Shown: piece by piece, positions 50,701 to 59,653 of the stretch
Layout: every line of letters begins with the position of its first letter
Numbering within the stretch: position 1 is the first letter of the stretch
Virus record (IMG/VR): IMGVR_UViG_3300046163_000090
Coordinates: 1-64,000 of that record
Source: a virus
DNA: 64,000 nt
Strand: one strand, 5' to 3'
Program-made: the position numbers and the translations under genes
The notes under the pieces: generated by a model
What the model saw: only the letters and a program-made list of their open reading frames with translations
What the model was told of the DNA's origin: nothing
Databases searched by the model: none

Positions 50701-53700
50701 CTTTATTCACAAACAGTAATCGGAAATAATCTAATAACCCATAACCTTTGCCGAATTTTAGATAAAGGAGTTATTCCAGATCAAACTGGCCCAGAAGCTC
50801 ATAGAAAGGGTTATTATATACCAGATTTAGTTTACAGGATTGAAGTTTTTGTTATTAGGAAATTAAAAGTTGGTAATACTGAAAACTTTTTATACAAGAC
50901 TCTGTTGACTAACATTGATGCCTTTGCCGCAATTAGTTCTTATGGTACGGTAAGAGGGCTTTTTGTTAAAAATGTTCCAGACAATTGCGTATACGATTCA
51001 ATTAGTGAGAACTTTACCCCTTTACTATTCGGAGGAAACACTCAGCAACCAGGATTAAATCCTTTTCCAAGTTTAAGTTTTTCTGATAATGCTTATGTTG
51101 ATTGTGGTTTCTTTTTTAAAATTGATTCCAGCCAAAACTTTAAAAAACTAACAGTCGATATTGTTAATGGTGCTGTTGCTGAATTTAACTCTAAAACTTC
51201 CAGCGCTATAGGCTTTACTGATTGGACTAATTATGTATCTAACTCCCCATTTGCATTTCCTCAAGATACTCCTGGCTTGTCGTGTCATGGTGTAGCTCCG
51301 ACTCATACAACTTCACTCGGCGAGGCTTATAGAATAATAAATATTGACTCTTACGCTGAAACAACCGTAAGTCGAACATTAAGAAATGGCGGAAATTACG
51401 GCAAAATTAAAGTTCATTTAGAGACTATTTCTGGGCAAAATCCATTTAGCGCCAATAAATTCCAACAATCTCGATTCTGTACGGGCAGAGTTAAAAAAAT
51501 AACTCGATATAGTTCGGGTAACGGTTACTTAGGTTTAGATGGAAATACAGCAAGCGGTGAAACTGTATCGATTAATGTATTTAATGATTCTGTAGGGCTG
51601 AGGTTAGTTACAATTATAAATTTATTAAATAAAAATGTGGGCTACAAACCAAATTCGGATATTATTATCTATTTTGGTATATCTTCAAATAATGTTTTAA
51701 AGATTCCCAGCTCAGTCTTACACCCTAGCTTTACTCAGTATGGAGACGCAGATGGACAATTTAATTACTGGAATAGGTTATTCCCTGGAAAACTAAAACT
51801 GCGAACAGATGAAAATGGCAAAGTTTCCTTTGAGGGCACAAAAGTGATTGATCCAGGTTATACTTACACAAGTGATGTGACACCAGGTAATGCAAAAATG
51901 ATTATACCTAGTTTTTTATTTGCCTCCCAAACTCCTGCTGGCACTCAAATAAATTCCGCATTTTTTCTTGAATCAATAGCTTATTTCTCAAGTCAGGGAG
52001 CCGCGTCAACAATTCTGCCTACCAATCTAGATTTGTCAAATTATGCAAGCGATGTCGATGGAACCTCACCTTATCGCAATGATTATCTTCTTTTTAGTTC
52101 TCAACAACAAAACCACAAACAAAATGCTTTAGATCCAGAAGATCATTTTCCTAAAAGTAGCCTAAGATTAATCGTGCCTAAAGAAAATATTGTTGGAGGA
52201 AAGATTCAAAAATTATTTCAAGTATCTCCTGGACAAGGATTTAATAAAGATTTTATCGGAGTTGATCCATTTGAAGACACGTCTCAAATAAATTTCCCGA
52301 CCTTCAATGTAAAAACTGATAGCTTAGGCCGCTTTACTCAAATGTCAGTAGTTCATTCAGAAAATATAGACGGGTATTCACTCGATGACACAGATTTAAC
52401 TCCTTTAATATCTAGCCCTCCATCTTCAGAGATTGATCTCGAAACTCCAATTTCAGATGACCCTCATAACTGGGCTCGCTCTATTTACCTAAACTCAACA
52501 CCGATTAGGGATAAATTCGGTTTCTTTAATTTTTCAAAATTTGAGTTTGACTTTATGGGTGGATATACAAAAAATGGAGCCGACTCAAAGTTTTCAAATG
52601 TTTTTGACAAAAGTCAAATATCAGCAAGTGCCAAGAAAAATATCATGGAAAAAGAGTTTAGGCTGCCTGCTCAAACTCACTTTATAAATTACCCATTATA
52701 CGGCCCCCGCAACGACGGCGAGAAAGATTATTACTATACTCATACAGTAAAAAATCCAGAAGTTTCTGCAATATCTTTAAGCTTTAAAATCAATGAGCTA
52801 CATTATATTTATGAAGGGGACGAATCAATTGTTTATTTAAACCTAAGGCCTTTAGTTGGTGGCATTATTGGTTATATTGCTATGCAACAACTTTTTCGAA
52901 AGATCATTTCAATAGCTATACCAGATCCTCAAATAGCAGCCACTAGTACAGCTGTTCAGGTTATCCCTTGTACTGGTACTGGAGGAGGTAGTGGAGCTAG
53001 TGTTGGAGCAAACCCTCCTTCCTTATCTGGCATTGCAGACGTAGTAGCCATAGAGGCTCTCAAGGAGTTAGCCGCCAGTGCAATAGGTATTCTAGGTGCA
53101 GTTCTTGGTGTTGCACTTGCTAAAGAATTTCCCTGCAGTAAATCTAGTGGCGGCTTTCTCTGTATTAAAATGGGAGAAATAATTAAAAATAGTGGAGAAA
53201 TATGGCCAGCTAAAATGTTCTTCAAGATAGAATATGGCATTGAGGGTGAGAGGTTTTACGATTACGAGCTTGTGATTCAAGGATGTGCTACAAACCCATA
53301 TATAAAAGATATTTATATACCTGGGTTCTCACAATTAGTTCCAGATCAAGATCATGCTAAATTTAAAAAGAATAGAATTATAAAAATATCAAGAATGACA
53401 AGAGCTATGGACCCTGTAGCAAATGGTATATCTGATGCTCGATTTAAAATGCAAGCAGAACTTCAATCTATTACTGAGTACGTTGCTGGGTTTTTTAGCT
53501 ATCCAAATACAGCTATGGTAGCAACAAGAATAAACTCAAAAGATATGCCTCAAGCACCAAGGCGTGAATACTTTGTCAAGGGTAAGATGGTTAAAGTTCC
53601 TAATGGGTATGCCCCAACTAATGGAAGTTTTTCTCAGGCTATTAATTCTCAATCTGAAACATTCTTTGGTGAAGAAGTTAAGTGGACTAGTAATCCAGCA

Positions 53701-54831
53701 TGGGTTATTTTTGACTTATTAACTAATCCTATTTACGGTTTAGGTAAATACGGAATAACTGAAGATCAAGTCGATAAATGGTCTTTTCTTGATTTTGCTA
53801 AAAGGGCAGATGAACCTGTAACTGTTTATATAGATGGGGTAGAGGCTCAAGAAAGAAGATATATGTGTAACCTGTATCTTGATACAGAAAAAGAAGCCTT
53901 TAGGTACATAAAAGAGTTAATGAATATATATGATGCTGATATTAATTTTAGTGGTGGAAAAATATACATTAGCACAGATAAACCCAGCGATCCCGTGATG
54001 CTGTTTAATAATGCTAATGTTAGTGAATCTGGCTTTTCTTACTCAACAATCCCTAAAACAAATAGAATTACTGCAGTCACAGTTGATTATCTTGACGAAA
54101 GAGATAATTATATGCAAAAAACAGAGTACCTCGAAGAAGAGTCAGCTATAAGAGAGCACGGTTATTCCCATGCCAAAATAGCTGGTATAGGCATTACTAG
54201 AAAAGGTGAGGCTAATAGATTAGCTATGAGTAAACTTATGCAAAGTAAAATGGCTACAGAAGTAATTCAATTTACAGTTGGATTGCACGGCGGATATCTC
54301 AGAATAGGTGATGTCGTAGAAGTGATGGATAACAATAAGATCTCGCAGCATTCTGGAGGTAGAATAATCTCAAGGATAAACAATCAGACTATCGAAATCG
54401 ATGTTCCTACTGACGCAATTGCTGGTGCCCAAAAAATACAAATACAACAATACGCAGAATCGACAGAATCAACAACCACAAGCGAAGGAGAAGAGGAAGA
54501 GGCAAGGCCAGCCCAATATCAAGAGTATAATATTTCACAAATGAATGGTTTCGAGATTACTATTCAGGGATCATTACACTCTTCCATTAAAAGTTCATAC
54601 ATATGGGTTGTTAAAGATTATAATGATTCCAATAACGACCCAATTCAGAGCAAGTTTTACAGAATTAAAGAAATTAAAGAATCTGAAGACTCGCAGTACT
54701 CTATAACCGCCTTACTTTATGACCCCCGCAAGTACGATTATGTTGATCAGGCTTCAGGAAGCTTAGATAATGAAGACGAGTATATCGGACATCAAATAGG
54801 AACATCTCACCTCAAGGGAACAGCTCCGTGA
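47788..54831 (+). CDS. Fused gpI-gpJ-like central tail tip/host-specificity protein with large insertions
   Basis: gpI-like N-terminus (KGDMAQKFG..EALVAF; QGLPIPVIYGQLRVGSLVI) followed by gpJ motifs (DVLSEGPIAG; IYLNSTPI; YPNTAMV..KGKMVKVP; WTSNPAWVIFDLLTNPIYGLG; LRIGDVVEVMD). Confidence 0.88.
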   Translation: MKTFLFKGDMAQKFGSSVSLDVQTMREALVAFFYTQKGFKKYYLDKMSSGVTYVFIDSKDNVLENFCSDLVLQDDVYEIVPNFEASGGLLGMAGNFGMNALLGYGLQKLIGDLTPVESTGEEYEIITTNSFIYTSNENRAEQGLPIPVIYGQLRVGSLVINSNIQNYDFDHESLTIYRGAQEVSSLPNIGQFNFNEKAYEFSTSKNLRGTPTHGNLYQSDDSDSFPRAKGRYDGDPTKKPPHVYNNKDGSKLPSADHGNQSFNNDYAHEPNQGGHRETYGPSLKTPRYLEDTKSASKFDGGTTAKPYLFPPEGAPELDGTFRPNDSSDVCISIKGRTPLSSQEQHYVLGYKTRTKPMTVGKRGNYQKLESIGVFRSVDVLSEGPIAGFAVPETGRSSYNNLGYFENDNGSISLGYQSSSEAVFINNTAQAGSVTFDDGLPNNLSHFIDTTKFRSNGTRTNALTLENAGSGYAPNLDVNIVADGTQQNGISILIDRPSTSESAEFGDSELADEPIIAPDGETYFISSNNLYNLKSNLARGSQGEFNLNFLEVNNYQNPLSSFIIEETIDHPDTGNPLTAKGFNLSSMSESDLDGTFVSTGGGYSNREDKEIIIDPPNSPVIFQPKLDKNLPFDRRANALVFDMGTLSNLNDIQNKIDFDDEFQESYLNVDTSQKGPWSQFIRPYADLRKSFGFRPQSYTVNDGIVEYTETPKESYENCVASDKHEEVIGYYGVKAGEVFKAGKFPWDDLIDNGDKIEYYAITLRVTIDQYLFLKPATIKVVHVATANEGNNGGVPTWGASAVQSWARSGTFYKDDVNPLEEESGQDIEQDFDDDGSKDTKRYYRSKYDYFIRASSALPAGSYNHNIHLCSHIHEFALKNGYFTGSQSNANDWNGVEVAVPLGILLQVPDLSQSIFNAFHAKKSSAFKPITLPTGKDSKGISRTSRYFKITPAAGSTQPNTSPTYFTSISNPNLYSQTVIGNNLITHNLCRILDKGVIPDQTGPEAHRKGYYIPDLVYRIEVFVIRKLKVGNTENFLYKTLLTNIDAFAAISSYGTVRGLFVKNVPDNCVYDSISENFTPLLFGGNTQQPGLNPFPSLSFSDNAYVDCGFFFKIDSSQNFKKLTVDIVNGAVAEFNSKTSSAIGFTDWTNYVSNSPFAFPQDTPGLSCHGVAPTHTTSLGEAYRIINIDSYAETTVSRTLRNGGNYGKIKVHLETISGQNPFSANKFQQSRFCTGRVKKITRYSSGNGYLGLDGNTASGETVSINVFNDSVGLRLVTIINLLNKNVGYKPNSDIIIYFGISSNNVLKIPSSVLHPSFTQYGDADGQFNYWNRLFPGKLKLRTDENGKVSFEGTKVIDPGYTYTSDVTPGNAKMIIPSFLFASQTPAGTQINSAFFLESIAYFSSQGAASTILPTNLDLSNYASDVDGTSPYRNDYLLFSSQQQNHKQNALDPEDHFPKSSLRLIVPKENIVGGKIQKLFQVSPGQGFNKDFIGVDPFEDTSQINFPTFNVKTDSLGRFTQMSVVHSENIDGYSLDDTDLTPLISSPPSSEIDLETPISDDPHNWARSIYLNSTPIRDKFGFFNFSKFEFDFMGGYTKNGADSKFSNVFDKSQISASAKKNIMEKEFRLPAQTHFINYPLYGPRNDGEKDYYYTHTVKNPEVSAISLSFKINELHYIYEGDESIVYLNLRPLVGGIIGYIAMQQLFRKIISIAIPDPQIAATSTAVQVIPCTGTGGGSGASVGANPPSLSGIADVVAIEALKELAASAIGILGAVLGVALAKEFPCSKSSGGFLCIKMGEIIKNSGEIWPAKMFFKIEYGIEGERFYDYELVIQGCATNPYIKDIYIPGFSQLVPDQDHAKFKKNRIIKISRMTRAMDPVANGISDARFKMQAELQSITEYVAGFFSYPNTAMVATRINSKDMPQAPRREYFVKGKMVKVPNGYAPTNGSFSQAINSQSETFFGEEVKWTSNPAWVIFDLLTNPIYGLGKYGITEDQVDKWSFLDFAKRADEPVTVYIDGVEAQERRYMCNLYLDTEKEAFRYIKELMNIYDADINFSGGKIYISTDKPSDPVMLFNNANVSESGFSYSTIPKTNRITAVTVDYLDERDNYMQKTEYLEEESAIREHGYSHAKIAGIGITRKGEANRLAMSKLMQSKMATEVIQFTVGLHGGYLRIGDVVEVMDNNKISQHSGGRIISRINNQTIEIDVPTDAIAGAQKIQIQQYAESTESTTTSEGEEEEARPAQYQEYNISQMNGFEITIQGSLHSSIKSSYIWVVKDYNDSNNDPIQSKFYRIKEIKESEDSQYSITALLYDPRKYDYVDQASGSLDNEDEYIGHQIGTSHLKGTAP

Positions 54832-57113
54832 CAGACATTCTTCCAAATACAGGACAAGTGAACCTTACCTGGCCTTCTGCTTCAAACATTGAAGGTTACT
54901 CTGTTGATATAATTAGTAATAATTTTTTGCTAGATACAATTAGGACCACGGGAACCAATTATGTAGCTTCTGGTTTGTTCGAAGGGGATATTGTAATAGG
55001 TGAAATTCACACTGTTCTTGGTGGTAGAGTTTCTAATGTACTATATCACAGAACTTCAGGGCAAACAGTTGACCGCTATAATTTTAACGACGATAATACT
55101 GGTTTGTTTTTTGATTCTCTTCTTTTAAATGAATCTACTTTCCCGATATATAATAGCTCTATTGATTCTGACATAATTTATGCAAATGAATTTAACAGAG
55201 TTCGCTTAAATGTCAAATCTCCAAGAGATAACGAAATTATTAATACTTTTACCGATGAACCTTTTTTCAGTGGACTAACTTATGAATTGTATAATAATTC
55301 AGGAACCTTTGCTTCTGGGTCACTTGATTCTTTTTCTTTTGTTTTTAATGATAGTTTTCATCAACCCTCTTTAACTGGCAAGTTTATAGCCTACGATTTT
55401 CACGGGGGTTCTGCAACTGGATTATCTTCTTTCAAAGTTCAGCCTACAGAAATATCTTCAGTTTCGATCATTTCTAATTCAGGCAATTCAGTTAATGTTC
55501 AACCTGTCTATAAAAGATCTCCGTTTGCAGTTAATTATTATTTGTATAGCGGCCTTAATGATGTTGATGCTTTTTTTAGTGGAAGTAGCAGTAGTCCAAA
55601 TAATTTTTCTTTCTCAGCTCCTTCGGGAACCTCTGGGTACTTAGGTATTGATTTTATTGATTGGAATGAATCTACCCCAGAGTATAGAAGTTCTCAAATT
55701 TTAAATCCAAACTTTATTCAGTCTCCAGATCTAGAGCCTCAAAATTCAATTTTATACTTTGCTGTAAGTAGTACGGATAGTGGTATTTTTAATATAGAAT
55801 CTAGTAGAAGTAATTTAAACTCATCTGGATCTTTTTTTAAATTATCGATTGATAGCGATAGCGGTTCAAGTTTTGACTCTAATTCGTACTATACTGGTCA
55901 GTTTAATGAAGACTTTACTTTAGACTTTGATTATTTTAATAACAGAACTGGCAACCATGAAGACTTTTATTTCAATCTAGAATTATATAAAAGTGGCTCA
56001 TTAATTCAAGAAGACAGCTCTTTATTTATTGAGAGACTGCCTCAGAATCAATTTAATGATATTCAGTTTAAATATAATTATGCTTCTGGTTATGCTTATT
56101 TTGATATTAATTCAACACCAAATTATTCCTTTAGCGGTATAGATATTTTATACTCAGGTAATAATTATACTGGTTATAAATTTTATTCTGGAGAAGAGAT
56201 TCATTGTGAATACCCCAATCCAGAGTTTAATATTAAAATGGTTTCTGCGGCTAGTAGTGCAACTATATATGAAAAATCTTTTACTGGCCTAGCTGCTACA
56301 CCTCAAGTTAAATTCAAAGATGTTCCTTTCCAAGTTCCTGAAGGTACTGTTAATTTTGGTATATCTAATGCAACTGCTACAAATAATATTAATCATATTA
56401 GGGTATACAGAAAGCCTGCCGTAGTTTTACTTGGAGGAGATTTAGGTCCACATGTTTCGTCAGGTCTTAATTTTAATGACTATGAAGAATACCCGTATAC
56501 TGAAGAACCTGTTGACTTCTATTCCTCATTTCCACCTCTAGATATTACTGAGACAGCTAATTATCAGACTACTGGAGTAGGTTACACTGGTACATATGCA
56601 AGTGGTCGATTTTATCTTTATAAAATTGTTCCAGAAAATGGTTTTGGTACAGGTATTGCAGCTGAAGGTTCTTATGACTTTCCATCTAATACTTTAACTT
56701 TACTGGAGCACACAAAGCAGGTGGGATCAGCTATACAACTTGATCAAACAGTAAGTGATGTAGGCACAATAGAATCAAATGTAAACAGCATTGAATATGC
56801 TGTATCTGGATTATTGGAAGACTCTGTTTATATTACAGGCACTCAATTTATATCTGGAGAAAAGCATTTTCAAAGCTCAATATTTATTACTGGCAATGGA
56901 GAGAATATTTATTGCAATGAGCCCACCACTGGACTGCATGCTGTAAATAAAGATTACCTAGAGTCGACCATCTCTGGCCTGCAAAGCGAAATTAATTATT
57001 TGCAATCTGAATTATTACTCCTGAAATCAATAGTTATCCCAACTCCAACCACCACAATAACTCCATCTATTACGGTAACTCCAACTGTCACCATTACACC
57101 TAGCCAACCATGA
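54828..57113 (+). CDS. Putative tail fibre/tip protein (FnIII-like beta domains, C-terminal fibre/coiled-coil segment)
   Basis: VNLTWPS..GYSV FnIII-like start; VYITGTQFISGEKHF and HAVNKDYL fibre-type motifs; coiled coil and TP tail; GTGA coupling to the gpJ-like gene. Confidence 0.6.
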   Translation: MTDILPNTGQVNLTWPSASNIEGYSVDIISNNFLLDTIRTTGTNYVASGLFEGDIVIGEIHTVLGGRVSNVLYHRTSGQTVDRYNFNDDNTGLFFDSLLLNESTFPIYNSSIDSDIIYANEFNRVRLNVKSPRDNEIINTFTDEPFFSGLTYELYNNSGTFASGSLDSFSFVFNDSFHQPSLTGKFIAYDFHGGSATGLSSFKVQPTEISSVSIISNSGNSVNVQPVYKRSPFAVNYYLYSGLNDVDAFFSGSSSSPNNFSFSAPSGTSGYLGIDFIDWNESTPEYRSSQILNPNFIQSPDLEPQNSILYFAVSSTDSGIFNIESSRSNLNSSGSFFKLSIDSDSGSSFDSNSYYTGQFNEDFTLDFDYFNNRTGNHEDFYFNLELYKSGSLIQEDSSLFIERLPQNQFNDIQFKYNYASGYAYFDINSTPNYSFSGIDILYSGNNYTGYKFYSGEEIHCEYPNPEFNIKMVSAASSATIYEKSFTGLAATPQVKFKDVPFQVPEGTVNFGISNATATNNINHIRVYRKPAVVLLGGDLGPHVSSGLNFNDYEEYPYTEEPVDFYSSFPPLDITETANYQTTGVGYTGTYASGRFYLYKIVPENGFGTGIAAEGSYDFPSNTLTLLEHTKQVGSAIQLDQTVSDVGTIESNVNSIEYAVSGLLEDSVYITGTQFISGEKHFQSSIFITGNGENIYCNEPTTGLHAVNKDYLESTISGLQSEINYLQSELLLLKSIVIPTPTTTITPSITVTPTVTITPSQP

Positions 57114-57472
57114 AACAATTAGACACAGAACAAGATCGCCGATTTTTTAAGAGGTTATGCAAAATTTTTACAGAAGTTGATACCGAAGCTCAAAAAAAAG
57201 CTGAAGAATCTAGAGATGAATTTGCGAAAGGAATTAATGGCATGCTTAAAGATGTTGATCTTGGTAACCTACCTAAAATTAGCGAATCTTATGATCACCT
57301 TATAAAAGTTGAAGAGGAGACAGGTTTACATATTCCAGCCGTAACATTTTTAGAAAATTTTTTAGAGGAATCCGCTAATGATGAAGAAAGCATAAAGCTT
57401 AAAAATTTTTATTTTAAGGTTAAAAAGAAATACATTGAGCACGAAGAATCTGAAGATATAAACAATTTCTAG
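57110..57472 (+). CDS. Hypothetical protein (120 aa)
   Basis: ATGA-coupled ORF after the fibre gene; could be a fibre chaperone by position only. Confidence 0.7.
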   Translation: MKQLDTEQDRRFFKRLCKIFTEVDTEAQKKAEESRDEFAKGINGMLKDVDLGNLPKISESYDHLIKVEEETGLHIPAVTFLENFLEESANDEESIKLKNFYFKVKKKYIEHEESEDINNF

Positions 57473-57506
57473 AGCCCTCACCCTAATCATAAGTGTATAC
57501 TTATGT

Positions 57507-58544
57507 ATGGATATATTGCTTACTGCAACACTGAACCGCAGCCTTTTTGTAAATGGGCTAAATCAAAATATAATATTCTTATCTGAAATGCTTAAGGATA
57601 TGGGTCACAATGTTTCTATTTGCGTCAATCATAAAGTTGAGGATTGTATAGATCCTCCTTTAGGTATATTGATTATGGAGGAGCAAGAAATGAAAGAGTA
57701 TGCTTTTGATTTCATACTTCAAGCGGGGTTTCAACTTAAAGGTGAAACGATTACTCATGCTAAATTAAGGAATCGCAAAGTCAAAAATATTCATGTTCAT
57801 TATGGAAATAGATTAATGGCAGATATTGAAAATTGTAATTCAAGTAAAACTGTTTCTCCATCTTCTCATATGGTAGACGAATGTTGGATTTCGCCTCACT
57901 ATGCATTCTCAATACCATATCTTGAAATTTACTACAACACAGACCAAGTAAAGGTTATCCCATATATATGGGAGCCTAAATACATACTTGATGTTAGATC
58001 TTATAGCCCTGAAGATAAAAAAAACATAGGTATTACCGAACCTAATATCAGCTTTACTAAAAACTGCTTGCTCCCTATTTTTTTAACTGAGAGAACTTTT
58101 AGAAAAGATCCCAAATCATTTAATCAATTACAGGTACATTGCTCTCTTCAGTTCACTGATAAGGCAATGTTTATAAGTTTAATGAAAAAACTTTCAATGG
58201 ATCTTGCTGGCAAGATAGTATTCGGTCCACGTCAACCTATAAAAGATGTATTAAATAACTGCAATGTAATTGTGTCTCATCAACTATACAATGGATTAAA
58301 TTACACATATCTCGAAGCTTTTTATTTAGGTATTCCTGTCATTCATAACTCTTCTTATATGAAAGACGTAGGTTATTATTATAATGATTTTGAAATCGAT
58401 GAGGGTTCTGAGCAACTATATAAAGCTCTTTTAACTCACGATGATTATCTGGATGAGTACAAAATCAAATCATCTAAAGCTCTCGAAAGATTTTCTCCTA
58501 ATAATCCCAGTGTTAGAAATAGATACCAAAGCATACTGTCATGA
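57507..58544 (+). CDS. DUF2827-like putative GT-B glycosyltransferase
   Basis: SLFVNGLNQNIIFL, WISPHY, IPYIWEP, TEPNISFTKN, VSHQLYNGLNYTYLEAFYLGIPVIHNS match the DUF2827 pattern as recalled. Confidence 0.75.
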   Translation: MDILLTATLNRSLFVNGLNQNIIFLSEMLKDMGHNVSICVNHKVEDCIDPPLGILIMEEQEMKEYAFDFILQAGFQLKGETITHAKLRNRKVKNIHVHYGNRLMADIENCNSSKTVSPSSHMVDECWISPHYAFSIPYLEIYYNTDQVKVIPYIWEPKYILDVRSYSPEDKKNIGITEPNISFTKNCLLPIFLTERTFRKDPKSFNQLQVHCSLQFTDKAMFISLMKKLSMDLAGKIVFGPRQPIKDVLNNCNVIVSHQLYNGLNYTYLEAFYLGIPVIHNSSYMKDVGYYYNDFEIDEGSEQLYKALLTHDDYLDEYKIKSSKALERFSPNNPSVRNRYQSILS

Positions 58545-59653
58545 AAATCGGAATTACTTTAAATATGTCGCAGAGTTTTTGGTCTAATGGCTTAAATCAA
58601 AATGTTAAAATGCTCGTAGATTTACTGAAAAGGCTTGGTCATACAGTATACTATATCACAAATAGCGAAATAAATAAAAAACAATTTAATTTTAAATTTA
58701 ATTCAATTGATTTAAAAACCCTTCAGCATGGCAAAGGTCCAAACTTGGATATTTTGATTTCTGCTGGCTTTGAGTTTCATGTTAATACTCTAGAGTTACT
58801 AAAAAATAAAAACAACAATCTAAAAATAATTCTTCTTCAATTAGGTAATAAGGTTATGTTTGATATGAGTTATTTACTTTTTGAAAAAAGAGAGCAAAAC
58901 TTTGAACTCAATACCGTTGAATCAATGAGTCGCTTTATTGATGCTGTATGGATCTCGCCGCATCACTCTTTTGGTGCCGAATATGTAAAAATAGCTTACG
59001 GTTGCGAGAATCTAAAGGTTGCTCCTTTTATATGGGATCCTTGTTTTATTCAGAGTAAAATTGCAGATCTAAAAAAGAAAGGTAGAAGTCCATTTTTTGA
59101 CCCCGCTAAAGTGAATACAGTGCAGATATTTGAGTCCAATAGCATTATTAATAAGCACATGCTTATTCCCTTTTCGATTTCTCAGAAGTTTGAGTTAGAT
59201 TTTCCAAACACATTAAGTAAAATTAATATTTTTTGTTGTACAAAAATAAGACACCAAACATACTTTAAAACCTGGATGAGTGCATTTGAAATAGTTCGCA
59301 GGAAAAACTTTGTATTTTTTAATGACAGATGGAACTCTCTTGATGCTTTAGCTAATTTCGGTGGAGTAGTAGTTTCTCATCACTACGACAATGATTTAAA
59401 TTATGCTCATTTAGAAGCTTTATATATGGGCATACCTTTAGTTCATAATTCAGAAACCCTTTGTGATCATGGGTATTTCTATCCAAAATTTGATATTTCC
59501 ATGGGTTCAAATCAACTGTATTCAGCAATTAATAATCATGAACAAGTTCACGATGAATATATGTCTACCGCTAGAGAATTTATTAAAAATACTTTTAGCC
59601 CTTATAATGATCATATAATGAATACATATCAAAAAATGATAGAAGATGTCTAA
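58541..59653 (+). CDS. DUF2827-like putative GT-B glycosyltransferase (paralogue)
   Basis: MKIGIT..FWSNGLNQN, WISPHH, APFIWDP, VSHHYDNDLNYAHLEALYMGIPLVHNS; clear paralogue of the previous gene. Confidence 0.75.
   Translation: MKIGITLNMSQSFWSNGLNQNVKMLVDLLKRLGHTVYYITNSEINKKQFNFKFNSIDLKTLQHGKGPNLDILISAGFEFHVNTLELLKNKNNNLKIILLQLGNKVMFDMSYLLFEKREQNFELNTVESMSRFIDAVWISPHHSFGAEYVKIAYGCENLKVAPFIWDPCFIQSKIADLKKKGRSPFFDPAKVNTVQIFESNSIINKHMLIPFSISQKFELDFPNTLSKINIFCCTKIRHQTYFKTWMSAFEIVRRKNFVFFNDRWNSLDALANFGGVVVSHHYDNDLNYAHLEALYMGIPLVHNSETLCDHGYFYPKFDISMGSNQLYSAINNHEQVHDEYMSTAREFIKNTFSPYNDHIMNTYQKMIEDV

Noticed and set aside
48949-52479. Large gpJ insertion, or the TMP modules, as inteins or homing endonucleases
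   Set aside because: No intein terminal motifs (Cys/Ser start with His-Asn end) or LAGLIDADG/HNH signatures recognised.
30450-53280. Short antisense and alternate-frame ORFs inside the TMP and tip genes
   Set aside because: Fully nested in long, well-supported genes and lack recognisable motifs.
57488-57505. Near-palindrome cataagtgtatacttatg as an operator
   Set aside because: Single AT-rich instance explained by the GTGTA element plus chance symmetry; not repeated elsewhere in the window.
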